Part shown: positions 1 through 8,405 of the stretch, in pieces
Position numbering within the stretch: position 1 is the first letter of the stretch
How the letters are laid out: each line of letters opens with the position of its first letter
Source of the DNA: Armatimonadota bacterium
Lineage (GTDB): Bacteria > Armatimonadota > UBA5829 > DTLH01
Assembly (NCBI GenBank): GCA_039679675.1
Contig: JBDKUN010000011.1
Coordinates: 1 to 14,429, forward strand
Length of the DNA: 14,429 nt
Reading direction: 5' to 3'
Notes under the pieces: model-generated
What the model saw: only the letters and a program-made list of their open reading frames with translations
What the model was told of the DNA's origin: nothing
Database searches by the model: none
Translations under genes and position numbers: made by a program

Positions 1-109
1 CCAACGCTGCTGTTATAGCCGCGGTCAGCGTGGTCTTGCCGTGGTCCACGTGCCCGATTGTCCCGATGTTTACGTGCGGCTTCGTCCTCTCAAACCGCTG
101 CTTTGCCAT
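1..109 (-). CDS. tuf: Elongation factor Tu, 5' part only (runs off the window)
   Basis: Manual translation from the ATG at 109 gives [33 protein letters not shown], the canonical EF-Tu N-terminus with G1 P-loop. GGGAGG SD lies upstream and the gene follows fusA. Confidence 0.98.
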   Translation of the reverse strand, partial: MAKQRFERTKPHVNIGTIGHVDHGKTTLTAAITAAL

Positions 110-192
110 CTTTCGTTGCCTCCCAAATAAAAGTCAGAGTTCAGAGTTCAAGATAGGGTAGTCATATCCCATCCGGACCCTGCGCTTCAAAT

Positions 193-2289
193 CTACTTGC
201 CTACGAGCTGACGACCCTGCGCTTTCGCTACCAGATCATCCGCTATCGATTTCGGCACTTCATCATAATGAGACGGTTCCATTGTATAAGACGCCCGTCC
301 CTGCGTCATAGAACGTAAAGTTGTCGCATAGCCGAACATCTCTGCAAGCGGAATGCTTGCTCTGATGCTCTGAGTCTTTCCGGGGCTGACTTCCATATGC
401 TCAATTCTGCCCCTTCTAGAGTTCAGGTCGCCTATTACATCGCCGAGATACTCTTCAGGTGTTACGACCTCAACGGCCATCACAGGCTCTTTGAGTATAG
501 GATTACCCTTTGATAATGCAGCCTTTATAGCCATAGAACCGGCGATTTTGAAGGCCATTTCAGAAGAGTCTACTTCGTGGAAAGATCCATCCACAAGTCT
601 AACCTTTATATCTACAACCGGATAGCCGCCCAAAACACCTGATTGCATCGCATCTTTGATGCCTGCCTCAACGGCTGGAACGTATTCCTTAGGAATTGCG
701 CCGCCTACCAGCTTGTTCTCAAATTCAAATCCATCACCCGGCTTAAGCGGCTCAGCTTCGATTACACAGTGACCGAACTGTCCGTGCCCACCAGTCTGCC
801 GAACGTATTTTCCTTCAGCCTTCGTGTTCTTCTTGATAGTCTCTCTATAAGATACCTGCGGACGCCCATGGTTAGCTTCGACCTTGAACTCCCTGAAAAG
901 CCTGTCGAGAATAATCTCAAGGTGAAGCTCGCCCATTCCGGAAATGATCGTCTGACCTGTTTCTTCATCCGTGTGAGTCCTGAAAGTCGGGTCCTCACCG
1001 GAAAGTCTTTGCAGCGCAACCGACATTTTCTCCTGGTCCGCTTTCGTCTTAGGCTCTATCGCGACAGAGATTACCGGTTCAGGGAACTGGATCGACTCCA
1101 GAACTATCTGAGTATCTTCATCGCACAGAGTATCTCCTGTAGTCGTATCTCCCAGGCCAACCGCAGCGGCGATATCGCCGGCGTAGACCTTATCGACATC
1201 TTCGCGGTGGTTTGCGTGCATTCGAAGGATCCTACCGAACCGTTCGCGTTTACCTTTAGTGGAATTATATACATATGATCCCTTTGCGAGGCATCCACTG
1301 TATACTCTGAAGAAAGTCAGCTTGCCGACATACGGGTCAGCCATAATCTTGAACGCCAGTGCGGTGAAGGGTTCGTTGTCCGAAGCCTCTCTTGTGACAT
1401 TCTGATCTGTCTTCGGATCGGTCCCTACGACAGGAGGAATATCAATCGGTGACGGCAGATAATCAACAACCGCATCAACCAAAGGTTGAACACCCTTGTT
1501 CTTGAATGCTGTTCCGCATATGACCGGTACGATCTTGTTGCATACTGTCCCGTGCCGAATACCGGCCTTTATCTCATCAGCGGTTATCTTGTGTCCTTCG
1601 ATATACTTGACCATCAGGTGCTCATCGATCTCTGCTATCTTCTCAACAAGGTTCTCGCGATACTCAAGAGCCAGCGGTTTGAGGTCTTCTGGTATTTCTG
1701 TTTCTTCGAATTCCTCACCCTGGTCATCCAGATAGCGGATCGCCCGCATTTTAACGAGATCGATTATTCCTTCAAATTCTGATTCTGCACCAATCGGAAG
1801 CTGAATCGGCACGGCATTCGCTCCGAGCCTGTCAATAATACGCTCGACTACTTTATAGAAATCCGCGCCTACCCTGTCCATCTTGTTGATGAACGCGATT
1901 TTAGGTACGTTGTAGCGGTTTGCCTGCCTCCAGACCGTTTCGGACTGCGGCTGCACTCCGCCGACGGCGCAAAAGACCGCAACGACACCATCGAGCACTC
2001 TAAGGCTTCTTTCAACCTCAACCGTAAAGTCTACGTGTCCGGGTGTATCAATAATATTGATACGATGTCCCTTCCAGAAGCACGTAGTCGCGGCGGAAGT
2101 GATCGTAATCCCTCTCTCCTGTTCCTGCGCCATCCAGTCCATGGTCGCGGCACCTTCATGCACCTCTCCCATGCGGTGGATCTTGCCGGAGTAGAAAAGA
2201 ATCCTCTCCGTCGTAGTCGTCTTACCTGCATCTATATGCGCGGCGATTCCAATATTTCTTGTTTTTTCTAGCGTATATTCTCTTGCCAT
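193..2289 (-). CDS. fusA: Elongation factor G (698 aa)
   Basis: Motifs [36 protein letters not shown] and GMGELHL. Start moved from 2352 to the ATG at 2289 ([14 protein letters not shown]) to match the usual EF-G N-terminus. Confidence 0.98.
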   Translation of the reverse strand: MAREYTLEKTRNIGIAAHIDAGKTTTTERILFYSGKIHRMGEVHEGAATMDWMAQEQERGITITSAATTCFWKGHRINIIDTPGHVDFTVEVERSLRVLDGVVAVFCAVGGVQPQSETVWRQANRYNVPKIAFINKMDRVGADFYKVVERIIDRLGANAVPIQLPIGAESEFEGIIDLVKMRAIRYLDDQGEEFEETEIPEDLKPLALEYRENLVEKIAEIDEHLMVKYIEGHKITADEIKAGIRHGTVCNKIVPVICGTAFKNKGVQPLVDAVVDYLPSPIDIPPVVGTDPKTDQNVTREASDNEPFTALAFKIMADPYVGKLTFFRVYSGCLAKGSYVYNSTKGKRERFGRILRMHANHREDVDKVYAGDIAAAVGLGDTTTGDTLCDEDTQIVLESIQFPEPVISVAIEPKTKADQEKMSVALQRLSGEDPTFRTHTDEETGQTIISGMGELHLEIILDRLFREFKVEANHGRPQVSYRETIKKNTKAEGKYVRQTGGHGQFGHCVIEAEPLKPGDGFEFENKLVGGAIPKEYVPAVEAGIKDAMQSGVLGGYPVVDIKVRLVDGSFHEVDSSEMAFKIAGSMAIKAALSKGNPILKEPVMAVEVVTPEEYLGDVIGDLNSRRGRIEHMEVSPGKTQSIRASIPLAEMFGYATTLRSMTQGRASYTMEPSHYDEVPKSIADDLVAKAQGRQLVGK

Positions 2290-2434
2290 TACAAATATCG
2301 AAGGGTCGAGGCTGAAAGCACAAAGCAACTGTATACCACGGCCACCAGCCATCTTATTACAACATTACAACCTACTCAGCGGGGCCGTATTCAGTTTTAC
2401 CTTCGACTTTCGACCTCCTTGATTCGCCTCTGTA

Positions 2435-2905
2435 TTAGAAGCGATAATGTGCAAACGCCTTGTTGGCTTCCGCCATCTTGAAGGCGTCTTCTCTCTTTTT
2501 CACCGATGCCCCCGTGTTATTGGCGGCATCCATCAGCTCTCCTGCCAGCTTCTCAACCATTGTTCGGCCGCCTCTCTTGCGAGAGAAGGTAACGAGCCAT
2601 CTGAGCGCGAGAGAGATTCTTCTGTCCGAACGGACTTCCTGAGGAACCTGATATGTGGCTCCACCGACTCTCCGCGGTCTGACTTCGACCATCGGCATAA
2701 CGTTCTTTATTGCCTGCTCGAAGATCTCGATCCCAGGCTTGCCGGTCTTCTGTGCGGCAAGCTCCAGTGCATCATATACGATCTTCTCTGCAGTGCTCTT
2801 CTTACCTTTGATCAGTATCCGGTTCATCAGCCGCGCTAGCAGTCTGTTTCCGTATACAGGATCAGGCAGTATTTCTCTTTTCTTTGCAGGCCCTTTTCTA
2901 GGCAT
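2435..2905 (-). CDS. rpsG: 30S ribosomal protein S7
   Basis: 156 aa, MPRKG...PDPVY...[11 protein letters not shown]...[20 protein letters not shown] upstream. Confidence 0.99.
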   Translation of the reverse strand: MPRKGPAKKREILPDPVYGNRLLARLMNRILIKGKKSTAEKIVYDALELAAQKTGKPGIEIFEQAIKNVMPMVEVRPRRVGGATYQVPQEVRSDRRISLALRWLVTFSRKRGGRTMVEKLAGELMDAANNTGASVKKREDAFKMAEANKAFAHYRF

Positions 2906-2983
2906 TTAGACTTCTTCCTCCAAACAGAGTTCACGGCTCAAGCGTTGAGCACTAGCTCAAGCGCTTTTGGCTCTCAACTCCCG

Positions 2984-3358
2984 TTACGACTTGGGCCGCT
3001 TCGCCCCATACTTGGATCTGCTGGATCTCCGGTCTTTCGTTCCAGAGGCATCGAGTGTTCCACGGACTATGTGATATCGCACACCCGGAAGATCCTTGAC
3101 TCTACCGCCTCTAACAAGCACTACTGAGTGCTCCTGAAGGTTGTGGCCGATCCCTGGGATGTAGGCCGTTACCTCGACGCCATTAGTCAAACGGACTCTC
3201 GCGATCTTTCGAAGCGCAGAGTTCGGCTTCTTGGGTGATACTGTCCTCACCACAAGGCATACACCGCGCTTCTGCGGATTGCTCTTGAGCGCCGGAGCCG
3301 CAGTCTTCTTTCGCGCTTTCTGCCGCCCTTTTCTTACCAGCTGACTGATTGTGGGCAT
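2984..3358 (-). CDS. rpsL: 30S ribosomal protein S12
   Basis: 124 aa, [12 protein letters not shown]...[10 protein letters not shown]...GHNLQEHS...[19 protein letters not shown] upstream. Confidence 0.99.
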   Translation of the reverse strand: MPTISQLVRKGRQKARKKTAAPALKSNPQKRGVCLVVRTVSPKKPNSALRKIARVRLTNGVEVTAYIPGIGHNLQEHSVVLVRGGRVKDLPGVRYHIVRGTLDASGTKDRRSSRSKYGAKRPKS

Positions 3359-3435
3359 CGACTATCCTTTCTCTTTCACATCAGAATCGGAGCATTCGCT
3401 CCATTCCGCCACGGAGCATCCTCCAAAAGGCGGTA

Positions 3436-3476
3436 CAACAAAAATTGCCCCCGCCGACACACAATACGGGAGCAAT
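3436..3476 (-). terminator. Intrinsic terminator-like hairpin inside the rpsL 5' leader (possible attenuator)
   Basis: On the minus strand AUUGCUCCCGU pairs with GCGGGGGCAAU (11 bp including G-U pairs) and is followed by UUUUGUUG. It lies between the promoter at 3601-3630 and the rpsL start. Confidence 0.55.
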
Positions 3477-3600
3477 CAGAACACCTCAACAAATCAAGTT
3501 GTATCTCGCACTATATTTCACGAGAAGCGGTGAACAAATCGCCCCCTTAGCAGTCGGCAGTTCGATTCGCCTGAGCCTAAAGGCTTGGGTAAACCGTATA

Positions 3601-3630
3601 AGTATAACGGACGCAGCAAAGTCTTGTCAA
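3601..3630 (-). promoter_or_regulatory. Sigma70-type promoter of the str operon (proximal)
   Basis: Minus strand TTGACA (3630-3625), 18-nt spacer, TATACT (3606-3601), pointing at rpsL. Confidence 0.75.
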
Positions 3631-3658
3631 GAACTCCGCATGCGAGACAATCTCTCAC

Positions 3659-3821
3659 AAAATTAAGCCGCAACCCTATACGCCGATCCGCTAAGGCTTG
3701 CTCTTTGCCGACTGGGGACGTATGAGCATTTGCCTTGTGATTCCCCGGCGGGACCGCGGCTTCGTGGAATACTAAAATCCTTATTCCAACGCGTCCATGG
3801 CACATATCTATAAATGCCATC
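3659..3821 (-). ncRNA. Candidate structured non-coding RNA (or distal leader) of unknown family
   Basis: Starts just after the near-consensus promoter at 3829-3857. It has two short hairpins followed by a long multi-stem closed by AAGCCGCGGUCC/GGGUUGCGGCUU; the three wobble pairs work only on the minus strand. No family recognised. Confidence 0.45.
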
Positions 3822-3828
3822 GAGAGAA

Positions 3829-3857
3829 ATTATACCACATGGCGCGCAGCCTTGCAA
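3829..3857 (-). promoter_or_regulatory. Strong sigma70-type promoter (distal) with extended -10 and AT-rich upstream tract
   Basis: Minus strand TTGCAA (3857-3852), 17-nt spacer ending in TGG, TATAAT (3834-3829); A/T-rich UP-like sequence at 3858-3900. Confidence 0.75.
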
Positions 3858-3900
3858 GTAGTAATTTTCTAAATCAAAATCTTTTTCCTATAAAGAGATA

Positions 3901-6651
3901 TCAACGGTCGAATTTCAGCTTATATGCCCAATCGTAACCCGATACAAGGCCGCAACCCACCGTGACGGACAATTCCAGCGTCCCCGATGCCGGTACGGTC
4001 GCCGTTTGTGAAGAAACCACCTGTGCCGACTGATCTGTCGCAAAAGTGCTCCATTTTTCCAGTGTATACGAACCTGGAGTAAGTCCATACACTTTGATCA
4101 CCCCGGACTGGTCTGACGGAACCGGCAGTCCTGATGCAAACTGGTCTACCACCCTGTACCAGACATCCGTGAGGTTTTTTACATAGATATATGCTCTATC
4201 GGAGCCTGCCATTACCATCGCAAGGATGTTCGGGTTCGAGCATTCCAGCCTGTCCGGCGTTATCACACCCGGATAAGCAGTCTCATGGTGAAGTCCCCTC
4301 AAGTTCTCACCAGCTAAAAAGTTCGTGAGCGGCTTTAGTGTCCAGAATTTGTCGCCCCCCGCCGTGTAGTTGCCGCCGCCGCGCATGTAGTTGAGCTTTG
4401 AATGAAGGACGCTAACACCGTTGAAAGCACCTGGCCAAATAACATCCCGGAAATGCCTGGCAGTCACATCCGCATTGTATGCATCTTCCCAGTCATGCCA
4501 GCCTAATGAGTCTACATAGTCAAGCCCGAACTCCGTCCAGCATAAAGGCTTAGTCCATGCCAAATTTTTGCAATAAACCCTGCCTGTCCTGTCAGCCCAG
4601 ACAGACATATCATACCAGGGTTTTTCGAGCACGCACCCCAAAGACTCCAGTGAATAACTGCACTTGCTGCCCAGGGTAGACCAGTAGAGCGATCCACGCC
4701 CATAATCGTGATAATTGACGCAGTCCATACCCGGCTTGCTGATAACCGTTCCATCGACTGAGATACTATCGTACGATGAGTTTCCAATTCCATTCCAGGG
4801 GACGCCACCGGTCGTACGTAACTCTGACGATCCGTTAGATGAGCTTACCAGATGAGGCTGGGCATCGAGATCCTGTATATCTCCACTGCCCCAGGAAGCG
4901 GGAAGAGCATTATCATCTCCATGCAGGAAGTTCGCCATTATCTGATGCCAATCGTCGCTCAAGCTGCTGTATCCCCCGACCTCGTTGATCAGCTCAATGC
5001 ACATGAGGTTCGGCGAGTAGCCCCAGCGTGCCATCCAGTAACGCAGTTTCCGTTTGTATATCTCCTGCGCTGTCGGGCTCGAGAAAAAGTCTGCGACAGT
5101 CGCACATGGCGCGTCTCGCTGCAATGCTCCAGTAGCCGGATCATATGACTTCAGATACTGGTTCTTGTTTGCGATAGTGCCGTCCGGGTTATTCTTCAGC
5201 CATGTCCAGTCGTCTATGCACCATTCCAGATAAATTCCGCTTGCCTTCGCAGCTTCGAGCACTCCATCTATCTCCAGTGCCCGGGACATACTGTATTTAT
5301 TGAGGTATTTAACCGAATTATCGTATTTTTCTATGTTTGTATTGGTAGATAACACCCTGGAGAAGTTTCCTCCATTTGCGCTGATACGAGGGAAACAATC
5401 TTCCGCAGCCAACTTTAAATTATCATACCCGTTCCACCCCATCAGATCGACTCCGACAGGAACAAACAACTCCCCATTGGAAAACTCGAAATATCTGGAG
5501 TCCTGCGGACAGACAGACAAGAACCCCTTTTCTCCGCTTTGGCAGCACTCAAATGAACGGCTTTCGGTCTCGAACACATCACTGCCGTAGCTTATTCTGA
5601 GTTTGTAGCTCCAAATTCCAGACTCAGTCGGAGTAAACCTCATCTTCCAGCCGGTCCATTGATCCGAGCCTTCATACCAGAAACAGGGCCACTCTATTGC
5701 CCGTCCACCAGGGCTTATCAGGACTGTATCGACTGCTATCCCTTTGAGGTCCCAGTAATCGGATGACAGTGTCGATGTGTTGGGGTTTAGCGGGTTGAAA
5801 TCGACGAACGGCTGACCAAGATTGTCTATGGCAAACGCAAGCTCGAATTTCTCATAGAGGGGAACCTTACTGTCTGGATACGAAGCCAAATTGTCGCTGA
5901 TTACACTGACATTGTGTTTTTTCGGCTCGACCCTTACAACGGGAACAGGGCATCCATCATCGGACATCTCCGCGCCGAGAACACCTGTCACGACAACGAA
6001 ATCGTCCACAGCATTCCTGCACTTGGGTTGGTACACCAACCGAAGCCCCTTATGCTGCACTCCCATATAGACGCTCCCTAAATTGGAGCCGTCGTCAATA
6101 AAACAGATCTTATCGCCGTCCGTCCAGGTGACTTTTCCGTAGACTTTGACACGCATCCCTACGGTACTGAGGCCAAAGCCCGCCTGGTCCGGAGTATTTC
6201 TATAAAGCGCCGGTTGGATACCGAAAGCTCCACCCGCAGCTGTTGCCCCGGAAACCGCTACCGGCGAGGGAATTGCACCTGTTCCATCAACAGATACATC
6301 TGCTAATGCTATACGGCACTCAGGTATGAAGTCTCCACCCTCGCGACATCCCCATACTGTCACTACATCTCCCGGCTTGACAGACACATTCTCTGCCGGA
6401 ATGACCCTTATACCGCTGTAGCCAGACGAAGAACCTGCTTGTTCCTGAATATAGATGACCTGGGTTCCCTGATCGTCCAATACCGTTGTCACGACCTTGC
6501 CGGTGAGGAATACATAGCCACTGGAAAGCTTCGCTAACCCGATACTGCCGGGATCAAGCAGCTGAGGAATACTGACACCTGTCGAGAGGACCAACAAAAC
6601 TACTGCAAGAAGAGCCGGGTTGATAACTACCTGGACTCTGTTTTTTCCCAA
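3901..6651 (-). CDS. Secreted multidomain glycoside hydrolase (916 aa): signal/TM, tandem OB-fold-like module, DUF5060-like Ig domain, clan GH-A (GH5-like) barrel, C-terminal beta-sandwich
   Basis: Hydrophobic N-terminus. VPLYEKFEL...FNP...SPGG...WKMRFTPTESGIWSY resembles DUF5060. Putative acid/base ELINEV and nucleophile PLCWTEFG; YWMARWGYSPN is typical of this group. TTG start with GGAGG SD 7 nt upstream. Substrate unknown. Confidence 0.75.
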   Translation of the reverse strand: MGKNRVQVVINPALLAVVLLVLSTGVSIPQLLDPGSIGLAKLSSGYVFLTGKVVTTVLDDQGTQVIYIQEQAGSSSGYSGIRVIPAENVSVKPGDVVTVWGCREGGDFIPECRIALADVSVDGTGAIPSPVAVSGATAAGGAFGIQPALYRNTPDQAGFGLSTVGMRVKVYGKVTWTDGDKICFIDDGSNLGSVYMGVQHKGLRLVYQPKCRNAVDDFVVVTGVLGAEMSDDGCPVPVVRVEPKKHNVSVISDNLASYPDSKVPLYEKFELAFAIDNLGQPFVDFNPLNPNTSTLSSDYWDLKGIAVDTVLISPGGRAIEWPCFWYEGSDQWTGWKMRFTPTESGIWSYKLRISYGSDVFETESRSFECCQSGEKGFLSVCPQDSRYFEFSNGELFVPVGVDLMGWNGYDNLKLAAEDCFPRISANGGNFSRVLSTNTNIEKYDNSVKYLNKYSMSRALEIDGVLEAAKASGIYLEWCIDDWTWLKNNPDGTIANKNQYLKSYDPATGALQRDAPCATVADFFSSPTAQEIYKRKLRYWMARWGYSPNLMCIELINEVGGYSSLSDDWHQIMANFLHGDDNALPASWGSGDIQDLDAQPHLVSSSNGSSELRTTGGVPWNGIGNSSYDSISVDGTVISKPGMDCVNYHDYGRGSLYWSTLGSKCSYSLESLGCVLEKPWYDMSVWADRTGRVYCKNLAWTKPLCWTEFGLDYVDSLGWHDWEDAYNADVTARHFRDVIWPGAFNGVSVLHSKLNYMRGGGNYTAGGDKFWTLKPLTNFLAGENLRGLHHETAYPGVITPDRLECSNPNILAMVMAGSDRAYIYVKNLTDVWYRVVDQFASGLPVPSDQSGVIKVYGLTPGSYTLEKWSTFATDQSAQVVSSQTATVPASGTLELSVTVGCGLVSGYDWAYKLKFDR

Positions 6652-6735
6652 ACTATAACCTCCGGATATGATAAAACTCTATCCGCAGGCAGATGGAACA
6701 GCTCTAGCAGCGTATTAATTTACTATTGTATACCG

Positions 6736-7269
6736 TTAATAGTCCACTCCAGGGCGGGCCTGAATGTTCTTCCGGTAAGGATGCCGAATCATGCGCATCT
6801 CGGTTACATAATCAGCGGCTTCGATCAGTTCTTTCGGCGCGTTCCTGCCCGTGATAACCAGTTCGACTGATGAAGGTTTCTCACGGATAAGCCGCAAAAC
6901 CCGTCCCATGTCCAACAATTCATAATGAAGCGCCACTGACAGTTCGTCGAGAATTACAAGGTCGTAATCCCCGGACTTGATCGCCTCTTCTGCAAACGCC
7001 ACTGCCCGTTCAGCTTCTTGCCGGCGCGAGCGGACTTCTAATTCTCTGATGCCTCGCTTTGTATCAAGGGCAAACTGCTTTATATCAAACCTTCCCCCTG
7101 ATAGTTCGGCGTATTTTATCTCGCCGATCTCTTTATAACCCTTGACGAACTGTACCATCATTACCCGCAGCCCCCAGCCTATAGCCCTTAAGGCCAAGCC
7201 GAGTGCTACGGTAGTCTTCCCTTTGCCGTTTCCCGTGTAAACGTGAACCATTCCATGTTCGATTTTCAC
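6736..7269 (-). CDS. cobO: Cob(I)alamin/cob(I)yrinic acid a,c-diamide adenosyltransferase (CobA/CobO/BtuR family), 177 aa
   Basis: [14 protein letters not shown]-loop, QFVKG, DLVILDE, ELVITGR, ADYVTEM...HPY...GVDY. Start set at GTG 7269, which overlaps the upstream TGA (GTGA coupling). Confidence 0.92.
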   Translation of the reverse strand: MKIEHGMVHVYTGNGKGKTTVALGLALRAIGWGLRVMMVQFVKGYKEIGEIKYAELSGGRFDIKQFALDTKRGIRELEVRSRRQEAERAVAFAEEAIKSGDYDLVILDELSVALHYELLDMGRVLRLIREKPSSVELVITGRNAPKELIEAADYVTEMRMIRHPYRKNIQARPGVDY

Positions 7270-8201
7270 GAAACCCTGTCCTTGAAATAATCTATCGTCG
7301 TCCGCAAGCCATCCTCCACGAAGACTGCAGGTTCCCAACCAAGCATATCCCTGGCAAGTGAAATATCGGGCCGCCGCTGCCTGGGGTCATCAACCGGGAG
7401 CGGCTTATGGATAATCTCGCTCTTCGAGCCGGTGATCTTAAGTATAAGCTCGGCAAACTGCAGAACGGTCATCTCTATCGGATTGCCGATGTTCACCGGC
7501 TCGTGATAATCACAAAGCGACAATCTGAAAATACCGTCTATAAGGTCGGAAACAAAGCAAAAGCTTCTCGTCTGAGACCCATCGCCGTAAATAGAGAGCG
7601 GTTCTCCCCTGAGTGCCTGTCGTATGAACGTCGGAACGACCCGCCCATCAAAAAGCCGCATGCGAGGACCGTAAGTATTGAATATCCTGACAATGCGGGT
7701 ATCGACATTGTGCGACCTGTGGTAGGCCATCGTCAGCGCTTCAGCGAAGCGTTTTGCCTCGTCATATACACCGCGCGGGCCAATCGGGTTGACATTTCCC
7801 CAATAGTCTTCCCACTGAGGATGCACCAGAGGATCTCCGTAGACCTCCGATGTAGATGCGAGCAGGAACCTGGCTCCCTGCGCATATGCCAGCCCCAGCG
7901 CCTTGTGAGTCCCGATTGAGCCTACCTTGAGCGTTTGAATCGGATATTGCAAATAATCTATCGGACTGGCAGGAGAGGCAAAGTGGAACACGAAGTCCAC
8001 CTTGCCTTCGATATAAAGATATTGCGTCACATCGTATTTAACGAACTCAAAGCGCGGGTTTCGAGCATTATGGGCGATGTTATCGATGCTTCCTGTGATA
8101 AGGTTGTCCATCGCCGTTACATGGTAGCCTTCAGCAAGCAGGCGGTCACACAGGTGCGACCCCAGAAAGCCTGCTCCTCCTGTCACCAGTACTCTTTCCA
8201 C
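7266..8201 (-). CDS. UDP-glucuronic acid decarboxylase (UDP-xylose synthase)-like extended SDR, 311 aa
   Basis: [51 protein letters not shown] (YxxxK), RIFNTYGP and [10 protein letters not shown]. Start set at GTG 8201, immediately before the Rossmann motif. Confidence 0.9.
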   Translation of the reverse strand: MERVLVTGGAGFLGSHLCDRLLAEGYHVTAMDNLITGSIDNIAHNARNPRFEFVKYDVTQYLYIEGKVDFVFHFASPASPIDYLQYPIQTLKVGSIGTHKALGLAYAQGARFLLASTSEVYGDPLVHPQWEDYWGNVNPIGPRGVYDEAKRFAEALTMAYHRSHNVDTRIVRIFNTYGPRMRLFDGRVVPTFIRQALRGEPLSIYGDGSQTRSFCFVSDLIDGIFRLSLCDYHEPVNIGNPIEMTVLQFAELILKITGSKSEIIHKPLPVDDPRQRRPDISLARDMLGWEPAVFVEDGLRTTIDYFKDRVS

Positions 8202-8405
8202 GTGCAGCCCTGCTCTTTCTCTGACCTGGAGAAAAAGGTAATCAGTTTTCAGCCGATAGAAAAGCGGAAGCGTTAGCTTCAGCACTCCAAAGAGGTAGGC
8301 GGAGATTCGTAGCATAAGAGTAGATGCCGTAAACCTCCACCTTCCGCGTCTCCATATATTTCGTGTCTCCGCGGTTCAAAAACCGGCCGCTGATTCTGAT
8401 AGCTA

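Noticed and set aside
2290..2352. 21-aa N-terminal extension of EF-G in the ORF track
   Set aside because: No resemblance to EF-G; the canonical N-terminus begins at 2289. The extensions of cobO (7270-7338) and the SDR (8202-8315) were trimmed for the same reason.
643..3127. Multiple antisense and alternate-frame ORFs over fusA, rpsG and rpsL (e.g. 643-1278, 2447-2839)
   Set aside because: Shadow ORFs of conserved genes with no motifs.
2984..3358. Streptomycin-resistance substitutions in S12
   Set aside because: The PKKPNS and RVKDLPG motifs are wild type.
3663..3734. Minus-strand frame GKCSYVP...SAYRVAA* resembles a tmRNA proteolysis tag
   Set aside because: No tRNA-like domain (no GGGG...TTCGA 5' end, T-arm or CCA end) on either side, so neither one-piece nor permuted tmRNA is supported. 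The TTG start of the 64-aa ORF lies in the promoter -35 box.
3665..3762. SRP RNA or c-di-GMP-I riboswitch
   Set aside because: Lacks the SRP helix-8 CAGG...GGAA...AGCA motif. CACAAGGCAAA resembles the c-di-GMP-I start, but the GNRA-capped P2 and downstream consensus are missing.
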